The position numbers were made by a program, and so were the translations under genes. A stretch of DNA of 64,000 bases from a virus. Lineage: Duplodnaviria; Caudoviricetes. This document shows, one piece after another, positions 27,307 to 35,299 of this stretch. The stretch lies in IMG/VR virus record IMGVR_UViG_3300027255_000165; one strand, given 5' to 3'. Each line of letters starts with the position of its first letter. Position 1 is the first letter of the stretch. The notes beneath the pieces were generated by a model. That model saw nothing but the letters and a program-made list of their open reading frames with translations, was not told where the DNA came from and made no database searches.

Positions 27307-27482
27307 CCTTCTTTATTAATAATAGGACTTGACTTGATGACTTTCTTGGCGTCAACTTTCAGGTTCTCATAAGTTGCACGGTCCAACTTACGCTGGCGCA
27401 ACTCTTGATTTTCCATCAACTGATTTTGACGTTCTAGCGCTGAAGCAATTCGCTCTAGAATCATTAACATTTCATCATTCAT
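27303..27482 (-). CDS. small hypothetical protein (not in the ORF track)
   Basis: Manual: [21 protein letters not shown]...KEG, 59 aa, overlapping its neighbours. Confidence 0.5.
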   Translation of the reverse strand: MNDEMLMILERIASALERQNQLMENQELRQRKLDRATYENLKVDAKKVIKSSPIINKEG

Positions 27483-27628
27483 TGCTGATCTTTTAGGTTG
27501 CTATTTGGATTTATAGATCCCTGTGCGGCCTTTGTTTCAGCTTCCTTTGATTTAATGAAATCAGTAAGATCTTTGATTGAGCCCTGATAAAGGCGGATTC
27601 TTTCTAAACGAGGGTCTTGGTGTTTCAT
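27479..27628 (-). CDS. small hypothetical protein (not in the ORF track)
   Basis: Manual: MKHQDPRLERIRLYQGSIKDL..., 49 aa. Confidence 0.45.
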   Translation of the reverse strand: MKHQDPRLERIRLYQGSIKDLTDFIKSKEAETKAAQGSINPNSNLKDQQ

Positions 27629-27631
27629 ACC

Positions 27632-27943
27632 TTATATATTCTGAGGTTGAAAGGCTCGTCGATCAATTAGTGCTTGACGAGCTTGAGTTAGAACAGCACA
27701 CTTTTCGTACTCTTCCTCTTCTTCGAACTCGGAAATCATGTAGTTAAAAGTTTCAATCAGGGTTTCAATCTGAATCTTGTCCCACATCTTTACCTGCTCA
27801 CCATCAATACCCTGGTTTGACAACTTTTCAAAGTTCTCTTCAACCAGGCGACGCATCATCATGCGCTGCCAGTTTTGAATGATGTGGTCAATATTCTGTG
27901 AACCACTGTCGTTAAAATCGAAATCGTCTTGATCTTCAAACAT
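27632..27943 (-). CDS. hypothetical protein with UVR-like C-terminal motif
   Basis: FEEEEEYEKCAVLTQAR. Confidence 0.6.
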   Translation of the reverse strand: MFEDQDDFDFNDSGSQNIDHIIQNWQRMMMRRLVEENFEKLSNQGIDGEQVKMWDKIQIETLIETFNYMISEFEEEEEYEKCAVLTQARQALIDRRAFQPQNI

Positions 27944-28002
27944 ATCTTATATATTGAATTTTCCTAGGTGAGAACGAAACTCTTCCATGAAAAAGTTTCA
28001 AC

Positions 28003-28230
28003 TTATTTTTCAGATGTCCATGGACCTTTCTTTTTAAAGTCAGGATCCCATGGTTTTGGCTCATTACGAGTCTTTTCAAGTTCTTGACGCCATGTATTAG
28101 GATACATGTCCTGGAATTGTTCAAGTAAGGTGCGCAACTTTGGTGCTTTGGTTTTGTTCTTGCTCATGAACTTGTCCATCTTGTCAGCTGCTCGATCGGT
28201 GTGGCTTTGGCCAATTGTTCCTTTTCCCAT
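28003..28230 (-). CDS. hypothetical protein
   Basis: ORF track. Confidence 0.5.
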   Translation of the reverse strand: MGKGTIGQSHTDRAADKMDKFMSKNKTKAPKLRTLLEQFQDMYPNTWRQELEKTRNEPKPWDPDFKKKGPWTSEK

Positions 28231-28249
28231 TTTATTGTGTTTAAATTTA

Positions 28250-28480
28250 TTATACCCTGTTTTTCAAAAAAGTTCTTAAAAGATGTCCGCCATTAATGGC
28301 TAGGATGCCAATGTTAGTGATGATAACCGGATTGGATTCCAACATTACACCATACGCTATCCACGCTGTGCATCCAATTGCATTAATGATTCGAAGGCGA
28401 GTGACATCCTTCATTACAAAAGACATCATCACCAAGAACGTTGCAATATAACCTACAATCTCGATCATGCTACAAACCAA
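28250..28480 (-). CDS. small inner-membrane protein (YgjV-like)
   Basis: GYIATFLVMMSF..KDVTRLRIINAIGC..WIAYG. Confidence 0.65.
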   Translation of the reverse strand: MVCSMIEIVGYIATFLVMMSFVMKDVTRLRIINAIGCTAWIAYGVMLESNPVIITNIGILAINGGHLLRTFLKNRV

Positions 28481-28776
28481 TCGGCTTCGTTAAACACTTC
28501 TACATTTTCGGAACCATCGTATTCGTTAATTCGAAACTTTTGTCCTTCTTCAACCCACACAACATGAAGTTTTTCAAAGCCTGTAAAGTATAAGCTACCT
28601 TCATTATCGTATTTTTCAGTGAGAATGTATTCAAATCGAGAAATATCACCTGCGAGGAATGCGTCAATCAAATCAAAGTCAATTGCCATTTCTGGAGAAT
28701 TCCAAGTGCTAAATCCAGCGCCGAATGGTGGGCTTACTAAAACCGCGGTCTTACCGTCTTTTTTAAACATCTTCAT
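28465..28776 (-). CDS. conserved phage hypothetical protein
   Basis: AVLVSPPFGAGFSTWN...FRINEYDGSE; start trimmed to lie below the promoter motif. Confidence 0.6.
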   Translation of the reverse strand: MKMFKKDGKTAVLVSPPFGAGFSTWNSPEMAIDFDLIDAFLAGDISRFEYILTEKYDNEGSLYFTGFEKLHVVWVEEGQKFRINEYDGSENVEVFNEADWFVA

Positions 28777-28796
28777 AGATCTTCTTTTAATTATAA

Positions 28797-28830
28797 GGCT
28801 AATATACAACAAAAACCCGAGATAAAAAAA
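28797..28830 (-). promoter_or_regulatory. repeated promoter motif, copy 4
   Basis: TCTCGGGTTTTTGTTGTATATTAGCC. Confidence 0.6.
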
Positions 28831-28914
28831 TCCGGGTTGAACTTTTTTCAACCCGGACTAAAAAAACTTACATGATCTCTTCATTTGGAGTAATTTCTGT
28901 AATTCTCATTTCTA

Positions 28915-29634
28915 TTACACTAATTCGTACTGACCCATTGATAAAATGACATTTGCAGTGGCTCGAACGTCACCTTCACAGTAGTCCTTGATCTCTTCTA
29001 GTCGACCTTGCCAATAAGCTCGAGCAACTTCACCGCCATACATGTTCTCCTTAGGTGAAGGGATACCCAGTAAATCACAGATCAGAGCCAGTGAAGCACC
29101 GTTCCAAGAACCAAACTTCCAAATCTCTGCCGTATCGAGAAGACAGTTCTCCCAGGGTTTAACGTTTTGAAGGTGAAGTTGAGGAGGAACCGTAACCTTG
29201 TTGATTAGAGATCGACGAATCAAGAATGGAGCGTCAAATCCTTTAACATTATGTCCAACTAGCTTCAACCCTGGAGCACGTCTGAATAAGGCCGATAGAG
29301 CAGCCATAAGTTGCTCTAGAACGTCTTTCTCATTGTCGCCATAGAACGATTTAACCTTGAATTGAGGCTTATCGAAGTCATCGAAAACAACCTGACCAAT
29401 CGATACCACGATGACTTTACCAAACTCCGGGTACAGGGCCGAATCTAATTGATAGACCTCACCGGCTTCCATGTCAACATACTCTGCTTTATCCTTCCTG
29501 ATATAGCCCAGTTTCTTTTCCCAGTGACCCTGGACACCTGGAAACTGAGCGTTGTATTCTTCAATAGTATCGCACGCTGATGTTGTCTCAATGTCTAGAA
29601 ACAGCATATTTTTAATCTGATCTTTACTGTACAT
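28915..29634 (-). CDS. 3'-5' exonuclease (PolB-exo-related, DEDD)
   Basis: LFLDIET, GHNVKGFDAPFL, YCEGDV. Confidence 0.88.
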   Translation of the reverse strand: MYSKDQIKNMLFLDIETTSACDTIEEYNAQFPGVQGHWEKKLGYIRKDKAEYVDMEAGEVYQLDSALYPEFGKVIVVSIGQVVFDDFDKPQFKVKSFYGDNEKDVLEQLMAALSALFRRAPGLKLVGHNVKGFDAPFLIRRSLINKVTVPPQLHLQNVKPWENCLLDTAEIWKFGSWNGASLALICDLLGIPSPKENMYGGEVARAYWQGRLEEIKDYCEGDVRATANVILSMGQYELV

Positions 29635-29887
29635 TATGTTCTGCTATTATGTTATAGATTGAAACGGGGTATCTGACGTCACGTGCTGTATGACTTCCTG
29701 AACTGTAAGACCTATTAGATGGAACTCGCATCCAGAACCAAGCAACTCCATAAAGGTTTGTGAGTTTGTCGTTCTTCTGATCTAAAATACCTAGAAGAGG
29801 TCCACCTGCGAACGTGAAGGTGTACCAGTTGCCAATTTTTGGTTTGGTGACCGTTGCCTTTGGTTTAGCTTTTGCTTTCTTTGCCAT
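29624..29887 (-). CDS. hypothetical protein
   Basis: ORF track; start trimmed to MAKKAK. Confidence 0.5.
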   Translation of the reverse strand: MAKKAKAKPKATVTKPKIGNWYTFTFAGGPLLGILDQKNDKLTNLYGVAWFWMRVPSNRSYSSGSHTARDVRYPVSIYNIIAEHNVQ

Positions 29888-29906
29888 ATTCTTTTGCTGG
29901 GTTATA

Positions 29907-29940
29907 GGGCTAATATAACAAAAACCCACGACCCGGTAAA
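29907..29940 (-). promoter_or_regulatory. repeated promoter motif, copy 5
   Basis: TTTACCGGGTCGTGGGTTTTTGTTATATTAGCCC. Confidence 0.65.
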
Positions 29941-29965
29941 ATTATATGATAAAAAAATAAAAAGT

Positions 29966-30322
29966 TTATTGTTCGTCAACGAAATCTTCCCAATCATCGC
30001 CGAGATGATCTAGACCATCGCTCAATGTAACGTCCCATTCAGTTTCTTCTAACTCTTCTCTAAAAGAAGCGAAATGATTTCTCTCTTGGGCAAATGGATC
30101 CTCCCAATCTCTAATCGATCTTAATCGACTAAAAGCTTCATACGTTAAATTGATTGCAGTGTAACCGCCGGTGACCGTGTAAGGACACTCTTCGTGATTG
30201 TACCAAAACGGAGGTGGCATATCGATTCTACTAGTCATAAAATCAAACAGTTCATCAATCTGCATGTGATGAACCCAAATCGTAATGTACATACATTTCA
30301 TGTCAGGATAGCCCATAATCAT
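29966..30322 (-). CDS. hypothetical protein
   Basis: ORF track. Confidence 0.5.
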   Translation of the reverse strand: MIMGYPDMKCMYITIWVHHMQIDELFDFMTSRIDMPPPFWYNHEECPYTVTGGYTAINLTYEAFSRLRSIRDWEDPFAQERNHFASFREELEETEWDVTLSDGLDHLGDDWEDFVDEQ

Positions 30323-31251
30323 CTTCGTTTAAACCTTCCAGGTTCTGATGCGATTGTTGCATCAATGTCCTGTTGAATCCATTTGTTAATTTGTTCATAA
30401 ATCGCAAGTTGTAATTCTTGACCATGGTGATCTACGTACATTCTTTTGTACACTTCACCTAGAATTCCAAAGATTGGTCCAGGTTCAGATGACATTTCAA
30501 TTACATATAGATCGCCATTGTTTGCTCTTGCGAAATCAACGGAATAGAAATCTAAGTCAGAATGTTTTGCATTGAACTCTTTGATAGGTTCAAATGCGTC
30601 TTGCGGTATATTATCTGCAAGCTCATAATTAAATTTAAGCTTGTCTTTTGGATCTTTTGAAAGGTTCTCAGTTTCGTCGTTGGCTGGAACTCGATAAACA
30701 GTCATTAGAGGTTCGCCTCTCCAGCAGAACACTCTAAATTCTTCTTTAATGTCAATCTTTTCTGAAAAGACTGCGAACTGTTCCATCTGTACGCCTTTAG
30801 TATCTTCAGCTCTATCAAAAACCACAATGCCTTGACCGGCGTATCTGTTATCTGGTTTTGCGACAACTGGAAATGAAAGGTTCTTAATGTCTGAAGGCGC
30901 GTACACTGATTTTGGAAGGTAAGCCGAACCTTCGTGCAAAACGTGCCAATCTTTCTTTGATGAAACCTTTTCTTTAGCGATAACTGAGTTGTAAACGAGT
31001 GATGAATCGTATCCTTGGTCGATTAAACGATCGGTGTTCCAGTTCGAGTAGTTTAGAACGGGTTGAGTAGTTTCACCGATGTGTTTTTCTTCTTTTGTAA
31101 TCAACTTCCACATTCGACCAGTACTGAAAGCTGGATCATAGATATACTTGTTATCAGGCATATCCACAGCAACGGTCAAAGCCAGCTGTTGCAGCTGGCC
31201 TTGAACTTGCTTTTCGTTAACGAATTGTGAATACTTCTTGATTAACTCCAT
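30319..31251 (-). CDS. ATP-grasp domain protein
   Basis: FPVVAKP, GQGIVV, EFRVF, YSVDF, YVIEMSSEPG; start trimmed to MELIKK. Confidence 0.75.
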   Translation of the reverse strand: MELIKKYSQFVNEKQVQGQLQQLALTVAVDMPDNKYIYDPAFSTGRMWKLITKEEKHIGETTQPVLNYSNWNTDRLIDQGYDSSLVYNSVIAKEKVSSKKDWHVLHEGSAYLPKSVYAPSDIKNLSFPVVAKPDNRYAGQGIVVFDRAEDTKGVQMEQFAVFSEKIDIKEEFRVFCWRGEPLMTVYRVPANDETENLSKDPKDKLKFNYELADNIPQDAFEPIKEFNAKHSDLDFYSVDFARANNGDLYVIEMSSEPGPIFGILGEVYKRMYVDHHGQELQLAIYEQINKWIQQDIDATIASEPGRFKRR

Positions 31252-31265
31252 AGAGTATATATCAA

Positions 31266-31697
31266 TCACCTGTCTTCGAACACCTCTACAGTCTTTTCGC
31301 GCTTGACCAGGTTTGACCATACACCATTATAGCGAGTTGCTTTAACGATATGATTGTCAATCCAGTGATAATTGCCACCTCGAGGTTTGTTCATCAACAT
31401 ACCGTGGTATTTAAAGCCGTGTTTGTTTAACCACTCTTCAGTGATTTGACGGTGCTCCTCGGTACGAGATGTGAAGAACGTAATGATGTGACCTTCGTCA
31501 AACCATTGATTCAGAATATCGCGTGATTCTGGGTAAGGAAGCACGTATTTCATTCTCTCTGGTTCTTCGTTTGGCACGTCATCGGTAATAGTACCGTCGA
31601 TGTCAATCAAGTAATTCTTGATTCCTTCGGGTAGATGTGGGCTAATTAGATTGCCATCATCTCCAAAAGCGGATTGCAAGTTAAGGTCCTGCTTCAT
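31266..31697 (-). CDS. HAD-family phosphatase
   Basis: LIDIDGTI, FFTSR, KPRGG..WID. Confidence 0.82.
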   Translation of the reverse strand: MKQDLNLQSAFGDDGNLISPHLPEGIKNYLIDIDGTITDDVPNEEPERMKYVLPYPESRDILNQWFDEGHIITFFTSRTEEHRQITEEWLNKHGFKYHGMLMNKPRGGNYHWIDNHIVKATRYNGVWSNLVKREKTVEVFEDR

Positions 31698-32321
31698 TTA
31701 CTTAAAGATTTTCGTGTTGCGAATAAATGATACCGTAATGTAACGGGTACCACTATAAACTGGTCGACCTCCGTGGCGGTGACTAATCATACCTGGGTGT
31801 AGAATTGCGTTACCTACTCGTTTTGGATTAGCGTTCAACTTGTAAGCTGGGAAATAGGTTCCACCGCCTTCAAACTCATCGTTCAATTTTACTGCTATCG
31901 TATAGGATGAATGATCGTGATGTAGTGAGAGATGACCCTGTTTATCTGCACGATAGCGAATTATGAATGTTTCGTCTTCAACTGTGTCCCATCCCTGGCC
32001 TTCAAGAGTCCAATAATACGTTGCAAGTGGGGCAACAAATTCTCTGATAACTCGAGTGTAGATCTCTTTCATACCAACGGCATCCATCAACATATCATTA
32101 GTTGGATAGAATTCGTGGCGGCCAAGAGTCCATTCGCCTTGAGTTTCAGCTAGGATGATTAGTTCCTCACAGAACCGTTGAGTAAACAATGGGAACTCAG
32201 CTACACTAGGTCCCAATTCATCAATCATCAGCTGATATTCGCCTCTAGCAATTGCCGGATTGATGTATTTGTCAACCCATGCTTGCCAATTTGAAGTGTC
32301 TAAGATTTCTGCGTAGTTCAT
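31698..32321 (-). CDS. 2OG-Fe(II) oxygenase resembling the lysyl hydroxylase (PLOD) catalytic domain
   Basis: FIIRY, LSLHHDHSSYT, FEGGGTYF, HPGMISHRHGG, GTRYITVSF; ATGA overlap with the upstream GT4 stop. Confidence 0.82.
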   Translation of the reverse strand: MNYAEILDTSNWQAWVDKYINPAIARGEYQLMIDELGPSVAEFPLFTQRFCEELIILAETQGEWTLGRHEFYPTNDMLMDAVGMKEIYTRVIREFVAPLATYYWTLEGQGWDTVEDETFIIRYRADKQGHLSLHHDHSSYTIAVKLNDEFEGGGTYFPAYKLNANPKRVGNAILHPGMISHRHGGRPVYSGTRYITVSFIRNTKIFK

Positions 32322-33331
32322 ATTGTGTTTATGATGTGTAACCATTGTTCGACTCGAAAGTTCCAGGTTTGCTGCTTTGCCCATTCGTGAGCTCTACGTC
32401 TGAGTTTAGCTTTAACCTCTGGAGATCCGTGAAGTACTTTGATTATATTTAGAATGTCAGTGTCTGTTTCACCACTTTCGAGTAAAAAACCTCGATTGCC
32501 CACCACTTCTGACAGAGCGGCAAGATTGGTTGTAATAGGTATGGCTCCGCAATATTGCGCTTCCAATGCAGTGATGCCGTAAGTTTCTTCATAATGCGTG
32601 GGGTGTAACCAGTACTCTGATTTCATCTGCCAGTTGTGAAGAGTCATTTGATCAACAGTGCCCATATAGGTGACACCGTCTAATTGTGGCAATGGGCTAT
32701 TATCTATATCGTACCCGGGCCCGAACACTCTTAGGGTTGCTCCAATGAGATTCTGATGTATTCTAGGCCACATCTTTAGAAGATCATACAATCCTCTTTC
32801 ACGGGCAGAAGAATAGATGAATGAATTTGGAATCTTTTCAACTTTCCAAGATGGAAAATCATTTCGATCAATACCGTTACCAATTACGTGGATTGGTTTC
32901 TGCAGGCTGTAATCTCTGATCAATTGCTGCTTGTGCCACTCAGTTAGGGCAATGAATCCATTGATTCGAGGATCTTCTAACCATGAGGAATCAATCACAG
33001 CCTCGCCTCTCCACCAAGGAAACCAATCTGTGTTATGGAACCAGAATAGTGACTTATCGAAATTGTTAAACTCTTTTAAATAGTGGAGGTATGATGCAGC
33101 GATCAACAGATCAAAATGTTGTTGATGGCACTGATCAATGTTAAGCCACGTAACTCCATTGTGGAATGTACTTTCTACTTGTCCACCAAAACAAACCGCG
33201 TGACCCCTCTTCGCAAGGCCCTCAGCCAATTTTAGAGCTGCAATCTCAGTACCGCCAACCCCATCGCAGCTTTCAATTCGCTGAGGAGTTATGTTAGTGT
33301 TTTGATAACCTACGTAAACGAGGATCTTCAT
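32318..33331 (-). CDS. GT4-family (GT-B) glycosyltransferase
   Basis: GVGGTEIA, VIGNGID, YSSARERGL, EETYGITALEAQ. Confidence 0.88.
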   Translation of the reverse strand: MKILVYVGYQNTNITPQRIESCDGVGGTEIAALKLAEGLAKRGHAVCFGGQVESTFHNGVTWLNIDQCHQQHFDLLIAASYLHYLKEFNNFDKSLFWFHNTDWFPWWRGEAVIDSSWLEDPRINGFIALTEWHKQQLIRDYSLQKPIHVIGNGIDRNDFPSWKVEKIPNSFIYSSARERGLYDLLKMWPRIHQNLIGATLRVFGPGYDIDNSPLPQLDGVTYMGTVDQMTLHNWQMKSEYWLHPTHYEETYGITALEAQYCGAIPITTNLAALSEVVGNRGFLLESGETDTDILNIIKVLHGSPEVKAKLRRRAHEWAKQQTWNFRVEQWLHIINTI

Positions 33332-33397
33332 GTTAAATCGATTTACAATTATATCTAACTCTAATCGATTTGTTTACAGTTTCAATCGTCTATAAAC

Positions 33398-33424
33398 TAA
33401 AAAGCCCGCTTTGCGGGCTTTTAA
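33398..33424. terminator. bidirectional-type intrinsic terminator
   Basis: AAAAGCCCGC-TTT-GCGGGCTTTT. Confidence 0.8.
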
Positions 33425-33545
33425 TTAGTTGTTTGCGATATAATCTCGAGCTTCTTCCTGTGAAGAGAATGAAGCAAGTAGATCAGCCTCATTAAGAACG
33501 AAAAACATTGGATTTCCGTTCAAATCAATTCCTTGTTCTATTCTC
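33423..33545 (-). CDS. small hypothetical protein (not in the ORF track)
   Basis: Manual: MRIEQGIDLNGNPMFFVL...YIANN, about 40 aa. Confidence 0.4.
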
Positions 33546-33549
33546 ATGA

Positions 33550-35037
33550 TTATCTAATTCTTTTTGAGTAGTATTCGTAGTTTCTAGCAACTTCAGCGCC
33601 AGTAAGAGCTTTCTTATAAACGTTAATGAATGAAATAGCACCAGAGAACTGTCTGCCATCTCCTTCTTGGCCAATATCAAGTCCTCCAATATAACCATTG
33701 TTACTTGAAACTCTCGTTGCAACCGTATTAACTAGAGTACCATCAATGTATTGTTTTAAATACCCTGTTGAGTAATCCCAAACAGTTGTTAAATGATACC
33801 ACTGATTTCTACTCATTACCTGTGAAGGTTCGTGGTAACCTTGGTTATCAGTTGAATACCAATACGAGCTTAGCCTTTGATTTGATTTGTTCCATGACAT
33901 GTAAATATGCGCTCTCATAATACATCCTCTATCGCCCGATGACAATTCATTTGCATCAGCATAAATCATAGATTCAAGCGTACAACTTCCTGTTCCAAGG
34001 TTTCCAATCTCTGGCGTAACAAACTTTTCAAAGCTTCTAAAATAATAAGCTTTTACTCCTTGAACGTCTTCAACATCGTGTGAACCACCTGAAGCATGGC
34101 GACCTTGACCTGAAAGATCATAGAGAGTTCCACTATTATTAAATGAATTTGGATTAGCAAAATCATAAGAAGCCCATAGTCCATCCACTGTAGGATACAA
34201 GTCTTCATTATGTAAGTGGTACGTTCCAGCATTTGCATTCAACCAAGAGATAGCATCACCCGGTGTTTCAAATGTTGTACCAGCTAACTGAGATGCAATG
34301 TGCTTAAGTTGACCTGCGTTTGAAGCTGCAGAATAGAATCTTGGAGTTACACCATCGTTCGCCCAAACTTGAAGGTCTCTACCAGCACCAGTTGGAAGAC
34401 CAACCATTGAAGTTCTTGCAACCGGCTCAGAACCGTAACCTGACCATTCGCCAAGTTGAGCCTTAGCTTCAACATTAGATGGTACAGCTGCATCTCCTTT
34501 ATGATAGACTGCCTTCATATCATCACCTGTTGCTTTGATCCAAAGCTCAGCTCTGTTAACAGGAACACCAGGACCTGGGAAATTGGTAGCTCCACTCCAT
34601 GAAGAAGCTGAAGCAACTGCAAAGTACCAGTTACCGTGTGGATTTGAGCCATCTAAAAATGTGGTTCCAGTCTGGCTAGATCTAGTAAGACCGTTCCAAT
34701 AGTTATTGTTCCATCCGGTTTCAATTTTAACCACATTATCGACCACCTCCATGATGTCTAGTGGGTTTTGAGCTTGAGACCAGATATTGTTTCTATCAGG
34801 GTATTGAGGATATACAAGTTTGAAAGTGTATTTACCGTCAAATCTAAAGTTCTTAATGTAAGCCATGATTGAATACTTATTCGCACTTGGATTACCAGGA
34901 TTAGACCATTTGGCTTCATCCCAGTCATTAGCCGTGCTAAAGAATTCACCGCCACCTGAATAGTGACTAAATACTTTCATCCACTGTCCGTCAAACTCTA
35001 CTGGATAACCATTATATGTTGATGTTATAATTGACAT
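33550..35037 (-). CDS. virion adhesin-like protein: fibrinogen-like N-terminal domain plus LamG/ConA C-terminal domain
   Basis: N-terminal WMKVF...YTFKLVYP...NIWSQ...NWYFAV; C-terminal WYHLTTVWD...LKQYIDG...FSGAISFINVYKKALT. Confidence 0.72.
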   Translation of the reverse strand: MSIITSTYNGYPVEFDGQWMKVFSHYSGGGEFFSTANDWDEAKWSNPGNPSANKYSIMAYIKNFRFDGKYTFKLVYPQYPDRNNIWSQAQNPLDIMEVVDNVVKIETGWNNNYWNGLTRSSQTGTTFLDGSNPHGNWYFAVASASSWSGATNFPGPGVPVNRAELWIKATGDDMKAVYHKGDAAVPSNVEAKAQLGEWSGYGSEPVARTSMVGLPTGAGRDLQVWANDGVTPRFYSAASNAGQLKHIASQLAGTTFETPGDAISWLNANAGTYHLHNEDLYPTVDGLWASYDFANPNSFNNSGTLYDLSGQGRHASGGSHDVEDVQGVKAYYFRSFEKFVTPEIGNLGTGSCTLESMIYADANELSSGDRGCIMRAHIYMSWNKSNQRLSSYWYSTDNQGYHEPSQVMSRNQWYHLTTVWDYSTGYLKQYIDGTLVNTVATRVSSNNGYIGGLDIGQEGDGRQFSGAISFINVYKKALTGAEVARNYEYYSKRIR

Positions 35038-35050
35038 TATCTATGTGTGT

Positions 35051-35287
35051 TTATTTCCAATCGGAACCCTGCAAAATAGCCTGCATTTCGCTAGCAGCAT
35101 AAGGTCCTTCTTTTGTTGTTAGAGCTGCAATGCTAGATGGAACATCATCTCTTTCCCACTTTACATAAATTTTAGAACCGTCTTTAGATCTAACTAAAGA
35201 TTCAGCCGATTGGTCCATTACGTCCATAAAGTTAATAGCATCAACCTCATTAGCGTTTAAAATCATATACTTTAATTCTCTTTCCAT
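35051..35287 (-). CDS. small conserved phage protein
   Basis: ORF track; SLVRSKDGSKIYVKWE. Confidence 0.55.
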   Translation of the reverse strand: MERELKYMILNANEVDAINFMDVMDQSAESLVRSKDGSKIYVKWERDDVPSSIAALTTKEGPYAASEMQAILQGSDWK

Positions 35288-35299
35288 AGTTATTTTTCT

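Noticed and set aside
28831-28858. Inverted repeat TCCGGGTTGA/TCAACCCGGA
   Set aside because: Best explained as the terminator of the exonuclease gene rather than an operator or mobile-element end
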